A stretch of DNA of 64,000 bases, from positions 64,793 through 128,792 of the forward strand of contig OOHL01000002.1 of NCBI GenBank assembly GCA_900321105.1, in the 5' to 3' direction. The notes under the pieces are model-generated. The model ran no database searches. It was not told the DNA's origin and saw nothing but the letters and a program-made list of their open reading frames with translations. The first letter of the stretch is position 1. Each line of letters opens with the position of its first letter. Made by a program: the position numbers and the translations under genes. Shown here piece by piece: positions 18,992-27,793 of the stretch. The DNA is from an uncultured Pseudomonadota bacterium. GTDB taxonomy: Bacteria; Pseudomonadota; Alphaproteobacteria; Rs-D84.

Positions 18992-20241
18992 ACTTGTTCG
19001 CCTCCTAAGAAAGGAACTGCACCATACCTACCATTGATGTAATCCTTCTCCAGATCTTTATCGAAACGTGGATTTATATCCGTCAACGGATACAATCTGC
19101 TGGAACCATCGCTGTCTTTTTCTGTAAACCAAATTTCATCAACTCTCCAAATATCATGAGACAATAACAGCGTGTTATGCAGCACCGCTATGATTTGCCC
19201 CCCCATAGGATTATTTAATAAACTTTTCAACAGAACCTTTGATAAAAACGGATGGAATAAATTATCAAACTCGTCTAACAACAACAATTTGCTGCCTTCT
19301 GTTTTCTTGAATGAATACAACATGAATCCCAGTTTAAATAACTTTATCGTCCCAGCAGATTCTCTGTTTGTTGGGAATTGTGCGTCACCATGGAACATCA
19401 CCAATTGCCGGCATACCACGCGACCGTTTTCTAACGAAAAGAAATAATAATCTTCGTCTTCTTGGCGACACAACACTTCACCACGAGTCAATGCTGCTAA
19501 GTCCAGTCTCATAAGTGTTGTTTGTGGCACATCCAATTTCTTGAAATCCACATCGGTTATTCCGAAATCCGCTTGAACAAGTAAATCAAGCAAAAACTTT
19601 TTAAATTCTGGGAACTTAAAATTGTGGTACACATATAACGGATTTATTTGTGTTTTTGGATCAAAATAACCTATGCTGCGCAAAAAGTGAATTGCGTTCA
19701 ATATGTGTTGTTTATTTTTAACATCATTATCAAAAATACCATCCATTATCATTTTGGATAACAATGTTCTATTTTTGGAAAAACTGCAGTTTTTATAAAA
19801 ATTATCTGTAAATAACTTTCCAAACTCTTTTTCAACCCCCGTTCTTTTAAAGATCAAATTTTTCTTGTTTTTTTCCGCAAAATACAATTCCTCATTGGAT
19901 ATCTCATCCTTTGAAATTGAAATTTTATAATTATACTTGAACCCGTTTGATATAAAATTTACCTCAAACTCAACAGGCGCATCATTGTTCAACATAAAAC
20001 GATTGGAATTGATAAATGCAACAATGTCCCTGTCGCCAATAGCAGTAAACTCAGACAACATGGTAATTGTGTGTAACAAATTGGTTTTACCGCTAGCATT
20101 GGCACCATAAATCCCTACGCCAGAAAGTAAATTGCCCCCGATTATGTGTTCCTTGTGCTTCTGGATAGATGTTTTTTCCATAGACAATGTGATTTTATCT
20201 TTGAACGAAGAAAAATTAGAAACAGAAAAATCTATAAGCAT
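18970..20241 (-). CDS. AAA_21/ABC-type ATPase (AbiLi / PARIS AriA-like)
   Basis: Walker A 'GANASGKTNLLH' and Walker B/D-loop 'LLLLDEFDNLFHP'. 423 aa. Strong RBS 'aaggag' upstream. Confidence 0.6.
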   Translation of the reverse strand: MLIDFSVSNFSSFKDKITLSMEKTSIQKHKEHIIGGNLLSGVGIYGANASGKTNLLHTITMLSEFTAIGDRDIVAFINSNRFMLNNDAPVEFEVNFISNGFKYNYKISISKDEISNEELYFAEKNKKNLIFKRTGVEKEFGKLFTDNFYKNCSFSKNRTLLSKMIMDGIFDNDVKNKQHILNAIHFLRSIGYFDPKTQINPLYVYHNFKFPEFKKFLLDLLVQADFGITDVDFKKLDVPQTTLMRLDLAALTRGEVLCRQEDEDYYFFSLENGRVVCRQLVMFHGDAQFPTNRESAGTIKLFKLGFMLYSFKKTEGSKLLLLDEFDNLFHPFLSKVLLKSLLNNPMGGQIIAVLHNTLLLSHDIWRVDEIWFTEKDSDGSSRLYPLTDINPRFDKDLEKDYINGRYGAVPFLGGEQVWQEIIK

Positions 20242-20669
20242 ATTTTACTCCTTGTTTGGCACAAAAATATCATTTTTTGACCAAAAAGTCAAGATAAATG
20301 TGAAAAAATCACATTTATTTGTAAAAAACGATGGTTTTTGATCATTCTTCATAATTTTTCACCATTTTGTTGTTCGCCGATCTGTGTCCCAATCGGCATT
20401 GTTTGGCAGTGTGCTTTTACTCCTTTACATGACCACCATGCATGAAAAATTTTCATTTGTAAAGTCTTTATTTTCTGCGGATTTTAGCGTTGATACATGA
20501 TGATACACTATGATACATTTAACCCAAAAAATGAGAAATTTTTGTATTTAAACATCTATTGAAACATTTAAATGCGCTTTGATACAAATTGATATAAATT
20601 GGCACATACGACCACTTTTCAAAGAAATTACTTTTGAAATTCCTCCAAAAATGAAAAAATGCCAAAATG

Positions 20670-20763
20670 TGTCCGCACCAGGTCCGCACCCTAGGTCCGC
20701 ACTTAACACATTGAAAATACGATTCTTTTTTCTGCAGGGTGCGGACCGCGGACCGTTTTTTTA
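20670..20763. terminator. GC-rich imperfect inverted repeat. Three tandem GGTCCGCAC units face GTGCGGACC units, and T/A runs flank both sides, so it is a candidate bidirectional terminator or protein-binding site.
   Basis: Left arm 'gtccgcaccaggtccgcaccctaggtccgcac', right arm 'agggtgcggaccgcggaccg', then TTTTTTT. It sits in a 0.9-kb AT-rich non-coding gap. Confidence 0.45.
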
Positions 20764-21246
20764 GTTCTGTGTGTAGCGAGGTGGCACGCTCGCCGTTACC
20801 CTCGATAAAAAACATCTGTCACAGAACCTATTTTATTTTTTACCGCGTATTTCCGCCATTTTTTTCAATTGTGGCTTAAGGCTGAGGAACATCCACGATC
20901 ATGACATTTGCCAAGAAAAACATCTTGATATTTTATAATACATCCAGATTGATTGAAATATCTATGAACACTTTTAAAAACATTATTGACATTTCGATAC
21001 TTGTACGTAATTTCTCAACAAGTTTTCAACAATTTTTTTTGCATTTCTTCTTTCTCTTCCTTTTAATTTTATTTTTATTTATATATATTTCTTCTTTCTC
21101 TTCTTCTACTGATGATTTCTATCGTGATTTCTGGTATGAAATTTGTTCTGATTTCAATATTGATTTCAGGTGTTTTTTTAAGAATAAAAAAGTGCTGTCG
21201 ATGCGATTAAACCATCGCAAAATATCAAAAATATGTTTTCAAAATA

Positions 21247-22443
21247 CTATCCGCATATTGCGTTCGCAACGTTATTGATTGCGCGATAAGTGCTACTATC
21301 CATGATGTGCGTGTACCCTTCGGTGGTGGTTATACGACTGTGGCCTGCCGCTTCCTTCATGGCGGCCATATTTTCGCCTATATTCGCCCCCATACTGATG
21401 AAAGAATGCCGCAGATCGTGTATTCGCATGTGCGGAAGTTTTGCGTATTCAAGCGCCCATTCAAATGGTTTACGTATGTTGTTTATTGGTCTTGTGATAT
21501 TACCCACACCAGGAAATACGTATCTACTACCCAGCGCAAGAGCTTCATCCAGCGCAGTTTGTAAATATGGTATCACTGCATCGGATAATTTTACATCTCT
21601 GGCACCAGTCTTACTGTCTTTCAAATGTATAACTTTATGCATAAGGACAAGCTCGTCTACTTCCAGGCCTGTTATTTCAGATGCACGACACCCGGTTAAC
21701 ATTAAAACGCGTAGTGCATTAAACAAACGAGGATGCATTTTGGATACTTCTGGTCCAACGTCCAGCGCATGAGACAATGCCCTGTATCCTTCTTGATCCA
21801 GAATTTGTGGTTTATAAACTTGATTTGAACCCTTACGGACGTATTTACATGGGTTTGTATTGCGATTTACATATTTATACATTTCGCACCAGTCCCAGAA
21901 ATTTGAAAATAACGACAATGCTTTATTTGCGGTTGAAAACGATATCTTTTTCACCCATTTAGCATAGGCGTCCATTACATGCTTTTCTTCTATCTGGCGC
22001 ATGTATAATTTATCAAACATGGGCCCCAGGTATAATCGATATTCGCCCCAATTGGAATCTTGCGTTCTTGGTTTCTTGTAAACCTTGGCATATTTTTCCA
22101 TGTATTGGGGAAATAGATCTTCGAATTTTTCACCAAGATCTTCCTGTTGTTCTGTTTTTTCACGACGCGGGTCTTGCCCATTGGCAATTTGACGCCGCAA
22201 ATTCCATGCCATTTCACGAATGTCTTTAATTGAATAATCGTTATATCGCCCGATATAAAGATTGCATTTCTTGTTATCGATTTTACATCCCAAGAAAAAT
22301 CTGATTGCGCGCGTTGATGCGGAATACCGCAGAAACAATCCGGGGATTGTTCCATCGCTTACCTGTAAATTTACATCAGAACGCAACAAATGTATCCAAG
22401 TATCGCGAAACGGCTTCGTATAGCATTTCCATTGCTTTTCCAT
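21247..22443 (-). CDS. int: P4-type tyrosine integrase (DUF4102 arm-binding N-terminus plus catalytic domain)
   Basis: Catalytic 'LMLTGCRASE' (Arg), 'HDLRHSF' (HxxR) and 'TTTEGYTHI' (Tyr). The likely start is the ATG at 22443, preceded by RBS 'aaaggag'. The ORF is open to 22542. Confidence 0.9.
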   Translation of the reverse strand: MEKQWKCYTKPFRDTWIHLLRSDVNLQVSDGTIPGLFLRYSASTRAIRFFLGCKIDNKKCNLYIGRYNDYSIKDIREMAWNLRRQIANGQDPRREKTEQQEDLGEKFEDLFPQYMEKYAKVYKKPRTQDSNWGEYRLYLGPMFDKLYMRQIEEKHVMDAYAKWVKKISFSTANKALSLFSNFWDWCEMYKYVNRNTNPCKYVRKGSNQVYKPQILDQEGYRALSHALDVGPEVSKMHPRLFNALRVLMLTGCRASEITGLEVDELVLMHKVIHLKDSKTGARDVKLSDAVIPYLQTALDEALALGSRYVFPGVGNITRPINNIRKPFEWALEYAKLPHMRIHDLRHSFISMGANIGENMAAMKEAAGHSRITTTEGYTHIMDSSTYRAINNVANAICG

Positions 22444-22508
22444 ATGTGTAACTCCTTTGGTTGCGACTACACAGTGCAACACACAAATAAAATAGCAAGT
22501 AAAAACAA

Positions 22509-22763
22509 CTATTTTTTGCCGATTCTTTGTTGTTCCAACCATTGATTCACATCGGATTTGCGATATCGCACCATTTTGCCGATTTTAAAGTATTCCGGTC
22601 CAGTACCCAGCGCACGATATTGACTTAATGCCGAAATGGATGATTCAAGATATTGAGCCAACTGTCTTGGCGTCATAAGTTTATCTTTTTCTCCGTTTTC
22701 GTTTATAAAATAACAACTTGTATCTCTCTCCATCCCCCAATTTTTTTTGAACTCTTGTTCCAT
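22509..22763 (-). CDS. alpA: AlpA-family helix-turn-helix regulator or excisionase-like protein
   Basis: 'MTPRQLAQYLESSISALSQYRALGTGPEYFKIGKMVRYRKSDVNQWLEQQ' fits the AlpA/MerR-like HTH pattern. It lies immediately upstream of int. Confidence 0.65.
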   Translation of the reverse strand: MEQEFKKNWGMERDTSCYFINENGEKDKLMTPRQLAQYLESSISALSQYRALGTGPEYFKIGKMVRYRKSDVNQWLEQQRIGKK

Positions 22764-23157
22764 GTTTTTCTCCTTTGGGTTTTGATGGTTTTTGTCCGGT
22801 TTAAAAATGTCTCAAGATATCGTCAAATATCGCAACATTTTTTAATATCCGTACATATAATTTATAGCACATTAAAAAACAAAAATCTTCTAAAAACCGC
22901 AGAAAATTGTACTTTTTGTAGTAACAAAAATGTATCATAATGTATCAAAAGCATAAAAAAGACTAGGTTAGCAACATTTATCAACATTTGTCCAATTTAC
23001 GCATCGGCGTCACCCGACAAAAAAATGACTTTTTTGCCAGATGTAATTTTGATAGAAAAAGCATATATTTTTCTATAAAAAACTGATAATAATTTTTTAT
23101 GAAATTCCGTGCACCAATTTTTATGGGGTGCTTTTTTGTTTGCTTTGGATACATTTA

Positions 23158-23237
23158 GCTACACGACGACACAATTTTTTTGCTACACAGGGGCTACACA
23201 ATAAAAATTTGCTACACGGTGGATACACGGCTACACA
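23158..23237. repeat. Array of five GCTACAC(A) direct repeats. Candidate integrase arm-type or AlpA binding sites.
   Basis: GCTACAC at 23158, 23182, 23193, 23211 and 23229, spaced 11-24 bp apart, about 75-150 bp upstream of the right att core. Confidence 0.5.
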
Positions 23238-23307
23238 ATTCGCAAGCCCACTATTTCTGCACCACACACGATGTTCACAAAAAATTTTTCTGAATTTTTT
23301 GGACCTG

Positions 23308-23324
23308 CTGTTAATCCGTGTGTC
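23308..23324 (+). repeat. attR-type core. A 17-nt copy of the tRNA-Asn anticodon stem-loop, CTGTTAATCCGTgTGTC.
   Basis: 16 of 17 nt match tRNA-Asn positions 7009-7025. The flanking sequence then diverges. Confidence 0.6.
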
Positions 23325-23638
23325 GGTTGAGCAGATGGGATGGCAATGGTGTCATTTTGACGATTTTGTCTGATTCCTGCTGGGTTGACACATTTTCTGT
23401 TCGAAGACGCTGCATAAGGTCTGAAATATTTTTACCCAGGCTAAGTAAATCTAAGACATCTCTTGTACGACCCATGTTCAACCCTCTGAGCCAGATTGGC
23501 CTAAAGTCTTTGGAAGATATGATTTAAAAGACTTTTTCATTGAAAATCTAACATCTTTATCTTCTATTTCGCAGTTCGAGGAAACACCCCAAAGGATTTT
23601 AGATTTATCTTCTATCCTGCCAGTTATATTTCAATTTT

Positions 23639-24259
23639 TTATACAAACTTGTGAACGTCTTTTTCTAAGAATCTTTTCTTGTGAACAGTTTGTGCTCGAT
23701 TATTGATATAACTAAAACGTGGACAGTTTTCATCATGGTCGTTTATAATGCCACACGCCTGCAGGTGTGAATATATTGTGACTGGTCCCAGGTATTTGAA
23801 TCCGCGATGTTTCAAATCACGACTTATTTTATCTGACAGGCCATTGCTGACAGGAATATAACCATCATTATGTTTATCGTACAAAATGGTTTTATTATCA
23901 GAATATGCCCACAGGTAATTACAAAAAGATCCAAATTCTTTCCTGATTTGCTGAAAGCATTTTGCGTTGCCGATAATAGCTTTTATCTTTCGTTCTGATT
24001 TTATCATTCCCATTGTGTTCAGAATGCGCTTAATGTCGGTATCATCATATGATGCGATTTTATCATAATTGAAATTATCAAAGCATTTTCTGAAAATATC
24101 ACGTTTATTTATCATCAAATCCCAGCTAAGCCCACACTGCATAACCTCCATCATCAAATATTCAAATTGTTTCCTGTCATCGCGAACTGGTACACCCCAT
24201 TCGTTATCATGGTATTTTTGATTCAATAAAGATGTGTGTTCCCAATTACAATATGACAT
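23639..24259 (-). CDS. tag: DNA-3-methyladenine glycosylase I
   Basis: 'YHDNEWGVPVRDD' and 'EYLMMEVMQCGLSW' are typical of Tag. 206 aa. Confidence 0.85.
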   Translation of the reverse strand: MSYCNWEHTSLLNQKYHDNEWGVPVRDDRKQFEYLMMEVMQCGLSWDLMINKRDIFRKCFDNFNYDKIASYDDTDIKRILNTMGMIKSERKIKAIIGNAKCFQQIRKEFGSFCNYLWAYSDNKTILYDKHNDGYIPVSNGLSDKISRDLKHRGFKYLGPVTIYSHLQACGIINDHDENCPRFSYINNRAQTVHKKRFLEKDVHKFV

Positions 24260-24614
24260 GTTTTTTCTCTGTCAGGTCGAAAGATGCGACAATCAACTGT
24301 TTTACATTTTTTTGCGGCACTGTGCCATCCAAAACAACCGACACCCAATTTGCCTTGCTCATATGATACGCAGGCAGAATACCAGGAACATCACGTAAGA
24401 ATCCAATATCATCAGTCGAACATTTTACATTTATAACGTCTATATTTCCATCGCCAGACAGTTTCAAAACCCGTCGTGGTACAGTCATAATAATAGCAAA
24501 CCATTTTTTATTACTAGCGTGCCGAAAAATACAATATGTTGGATAACGTTTCCACAGGTATTCTGGGGAAGCGTTATATTTTTTATCTATGAATTTTATG
24601 ATTTCCTGTTTCAT
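24246..24614 (-). CDS. MmcQ/YjbR-family protein
   Basis: 122-aa ORF with the 'KKWFAII...WVSVVLDG' pattern characteristic of the MmcQ/YjbR family. Confidence 0.5.
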   Translation of the reverse strand: MKQEIIKFIDKKYNASPEYLWKRYPTYCIFRHASNKKWFAIIMTVPRRVLKLSGDGNIDVINVKCSTDDIGFLRDVPGILPAYHMSKANWVSVVLDGTVPQKNVKQLIVASFDLTEKKHVIL

Positions 24615-25636
24615 TATTTCAAATTGGTCTTAAAGAATTGTTCCATTTTATCAAATGGTATTACATCCATATTGTCATATAAATCAACATGGTTTGCCCC
24701 TGGGATAATCATCAATTCCTTATTATTACCAGTGAGTTTAGCAAAAGCACCTTCACTGAAATAACGGCTGTGCGCCTTTTCGCCGTGTATCAATAATACA
24801 GGGGTACGAATTTCGTGTGCATATTGCAAGATTGGCATGTTGATAAATGACAAAGAACTTGTCTTGTTCCAACCGCCGTTTGAATTCAATGAACGTTTAT
24901 GATATCCACGTGGTGTTTTGTAATATGCATAGTAATCTTTAACGAATTGTGGCGCATCATTTGGTAATGGGTCAACAACACCACCCGCCAAATCATACTT
25001 GCCATTTTTGTAATCAACGGTTCTTTGATTATTCATTGCAACCTTGTTTGCGTATCTGGAATCAGCATTATCATCAGCATCAAAATAGCCATTTGCGTTT
25101 ACACGTGTCATGTCATACATTGTTGATGCAACGGTTGCTTTGATTCTGGTGTCCATTGCTGCAGCGTTGATTGCCATTCCACCCCAACCACAAATACCAA
25201 TGATACCAATTTTTTCTGCATCTACATCTTTGCGGTTTGCTAAGTAATCAACGGCGGCAGAAAAATCTTCTGTGTTTATATCGGGGGATGCAACATAACG
25301 AACATTGCCACCACTTTCACCAGTAAAAGATGGATCAAAAGCCAAAGTTATAAATCCACGAGATGCCATTTCTTGTGCATATAAACCAGAAGATTGTTCT
25401 TTAACTGCACCAAATGGACCAGATATTGCAATTGCGGGCATCTTGTCAGCGGTTCTATTTTTAGGAATGTATAAATCCCCAGTAAGTTTTATTCCATATC
25501 GGTTATGAAAATGTACTTTTTGTGAAATTACGGTCGGATTCTTGGCAAATGTTTTATCCCATTTGTTGCAAGGTATAAGAAAATAACCCAGTATTCCTAA
25601 GATTAACACGATTGCGATTATGATTGCTGTTTTCAT
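24614..25636 (-). CDS. Alpha/beta hydrolase (dienelactone-hydrolase-like), N-terminally anchored
   Basis: N-terminal TM helix. Nucleophile elbow 'GICGWGG' (Gly-x-Cys-x-Gly). 340 aa. Confidence 0.55.
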   Translation of the reverse strand: MKTAIIIAIVLILGILGYFLIPCNKWDKTFAKNPTVISQKVHFHNRYGIKLTGDLYIPKNRTADKMPAIAISGPFGAVKEQSSGLYAQEMASRGFITLAFDPSFTGESGGNVRYVASPDINTEDFSAAVDYLANRKDVDAEKIGIIGICGWGGMAINAAAMDTRIKATVASTMYDMTRVNANGYFDADDNADSRYANKVAMNNQRTVDYKNGKYDLAGGVVDPLPNDAPQFVKDYYAYYKTPRGYHKRSLNSNGGWNKTSSLSFINMPILQYAHEIRTPVLLIHGEKAHSRYFSEGAFAKLTGNNKELMIIPGANHVDLYDNMDVIPFDKMEQFFKTNLK

Positions 25637-25763
25637 TTTTTCTCCTTTTGTGTTTATATGATATATATACCAATGTCGCGATTATTTAGCAATGAAATTT
25701 TGGTATGTTTTCAATTAAAGATAAACACAACAACATTAAAAGAATTGTCTGTGAAATATATGT

Positions 25764-26345
25764 TTATAAACTTTTTTGTGACACGTATATGCCCTTTTTT
25801 ATCAGTGCTGTGCGCAGGTTTGCATAATATTCAACATACGGACGCAAATGATGATTATAAAGCGTGGAATCATTACTTATCATCACAATCGGGACATCTT
25901 TTTCCATGCATCCTTTTATCACAAATGGGGAATCATCAAAATGAAGATCTGGTTTTATTTCACGCAAAATATCCGACTTTAATCCCGGCATATCATAGAC
26001 CTGGGAAAAACTGCAATTTATGCCAGCGTTACGCAATTGACGAAATGTTTTTTCAGGCTGTTTTAATCTGCGTTCGGTCACAAAAAATATTTCCATTTCT
26101 TTGTTCGCAATAAGGCTGTTCAAGATGTACGGTATTCGCTTGTCAAGCACCGGCATATTATAAAGCATATCATCAGACCACAAATCAATCAAATGATTGC
26201 AAACGGATTCATCATATATGCTGGCAATATCCCACGAAGTTTGTTTTTTATACGGTTGACCTGCCCGTTTAAAAGCCTCTTTGACAAGTGGTTTTAAGTT
26301 AAAAATAACATCGTCTAAATCAAAACTGATACGAAAATATGCCAT
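25764..26345 (-). CDS. HAD-superfamily 5'(3')-deoxyribonucleotidase-like protein
   Basis: HAD motif I 'FDLDDV' at the N-terminus. 193 aa. Confidence 0.5.
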   Translation of the reverse strand: MAYFRISFDLDDVIFNLKPLVKEAFKRAGQPYKKQTSWDIASIYDESVCNHLIDLWSDDMLYNMPVLDKRIPYILNSLIANKEMEIFFVTERRLKQPEKTFRQLRNAGINCSFSQVYDMPGLKSDILREIKPDLHFDDSPFVIKGCMEKDVPIVMISNDSTLYNHHLRPYVEYYANLRTALIKKGIYVSQKSL

Positions 26346-26400
26346 AATATTCCTTTTCGGCTGATTCTAGCCGGCAACAGTCAACATGTCAAATATTTAT

Positions 26401-26430
26401 AAAAAAACCGCCATATTGGCGGTTTTTATT
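26401..26430. terminator. Hairpin terminator AAAAAACCGCC-ATAT-TGGCGGTTTTT
   Basis: Perfect 6-bp GC stem flanked by A and T runs. Member of a repeated terminator family. Confidence 0.6.
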
Positions 26431-27781
26431 ATCTTTGACGATTACGAGCAGGCGCACAATAAACGTTTTCCAATCCTGTTGCAATACCTTCATTGGTTTT
26501 TGGTCTGTTTGTTCCACCAAAACTGAAAGTGAATCGGATTTTTTTGTTTTGTGACCAATCTTGTCTGTATCCTTGGCCAACCAATTCAACATAACCTGTT
26601 TCATCGGTATAATAATTAACAGACGTTCCTGTCAAAATACCGTTTCCTTGTTCTGAACCAAACAAACCATCTTTGACAGCCAAACCGTTATCTTGAACAC
26701 CTTCGCGATAGCCTGTTTCTGTTGTATTTGCGTTTGGTAATTGCCAAGTTTCCGCTATTGTTGTTCCGTTGACATTTTCAAAAGTAGAAACAACAGAATT
26801 ATTGGTTCTGATAATTGTTACTGTGTACCAATTCTTGAAAGGCATAACAATAGTTTCGTTCTGCAAAGCATCAATTGTAAATGTTGCAGAATCGCGTCCA
26901 GTAGAAATAACCATCAATTGTTCCGAACCTTGACGATTGTCATATTTTACATTCCCATATGCTGTTGTTTTAAATGTTTGTGGTTGAACAACTGAGGTAT
27001 TTGTTATTTCATAATCATGCAAACCACCAGAAAACATGCTTGTAAAACCTTCGGAATAATCAAGGGTTGCAGCATCAAATGTTCCAAAATCAGAATATTT
27101 CAGGTTTTGTTGCCAACCATTTGAATTAAATGTCACGTAAAATGGTTCGTCTTGTGTCCATTGACCTTGGTTATTCAATATAGCATTACGTATTTGTTCT
27201 GCATGATACGTTTCTTCTGGATGTTTTGATAAAATACGTGACTGTGCCAAATTCGCTAATTCTTGGTTCGTCATATTTGCATATTTAGAATTATATTCTG
27301 CATCTGAGACACAATCTATCATCCAATTACCACCACCATATTCATTAGAATATTCTACTTTATACACCCAATATGCCGGAGTAATAAACTTTGCACTGCC
27401 GTTGACACTGGCATTATCAATTCTTGTTAAATCATATGGATTTTGTAGACTATTATCACGATCTTTCATATCACGCAATTCTGTAATACCATTTACATAG
27501 CCTGTATAGTTGTCTGTGCGCAACACAAAACAATGAGTATCTTCTGTTGGTTCGTAAAACGCGGCACCAGTCGCATATGGCATATGTGTCATAAAAGAAT
27601 CAACAGGAACATTTGGAATTGTATCCGCCACACTTGGCACAGAATATGTGTTATCTGGTGTTTTTGGTGCATCTGGTTCGTTTTTATCCATCATTTTACA
27701 AGATGGCATCAAACCCATAAGACCTGCCAAGACAAATGTTTTTGTTTTATGATTATTTATCTTTTTAATAAATTTTTTCAT
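26429..27781 (-). CDS. Secreted or lipoprotein of unknown function, a paralog of the downstream gene. C-terminal YCAPAR motif.
   Basis: Signal peptide. Shares 'MPFKNWYTVTIIRTN' and the C-terminal 'YCAPARNRQR' with 27794..29254. Confidence 0.45.
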   Translation of the reverse strand: MKKFIKKINNHKTKTFVLAGLMGLMPSCKMMDKNEPDAPKTPDNTYSVPSVADTIPNVPVDSFMTHMPYATGAAFYEPTEDTHCFVLRTDNYTGYVNGITELRDMKDRDNSLQNPYDLTRIDNASVNGSAKFITPAYWVYKVEYSNEYGGGNWMIDCVSDAEYNSKYANMTNQELANLAQSRILSKHPEETYHAEQIRNAILNNQGQWTQDEPFYVTFNSNGWQQNLKYSDFGTFDAATLDYSEGFTSMFSGGLHDYEITNTSVVQPQTFKTTAYGNVKYDNRQGSEQLMVISTGRDSATFTIDALQNETIVMPFKNWYTVTIIRTNNSVVSTFENVNGTTIAETWQLPNANTTETGYREGVQDNGLAVKDGLFGSEQGNGILTGTSVNYYTDETGYVELVGQGYRQDWSQNKKIRFTFSFGGTNRPKTNEGIATGLENVYCAPARNRQR

Positions 27782-27793
27782 ATTTGTTCCTTT

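Noticed and set aside
20662-20702. Tandem GGTCCGCAC units considered as a possible CRISPR array
   Set aside because: There are only three 9-bp units with 1-2 nt spacers, and they form one arm of a hairpin. There are no spacers of CRISPR length and no cas genes.
20519-20815. 98-aa and 61-aa ORFs spanning the GGTCCGCAC inverted repeat
   Set aside because: The reading frames run through a GC hairpin in an otherwise non-coding AT-rich gap. They have no RBS and are unlikely to be coding.
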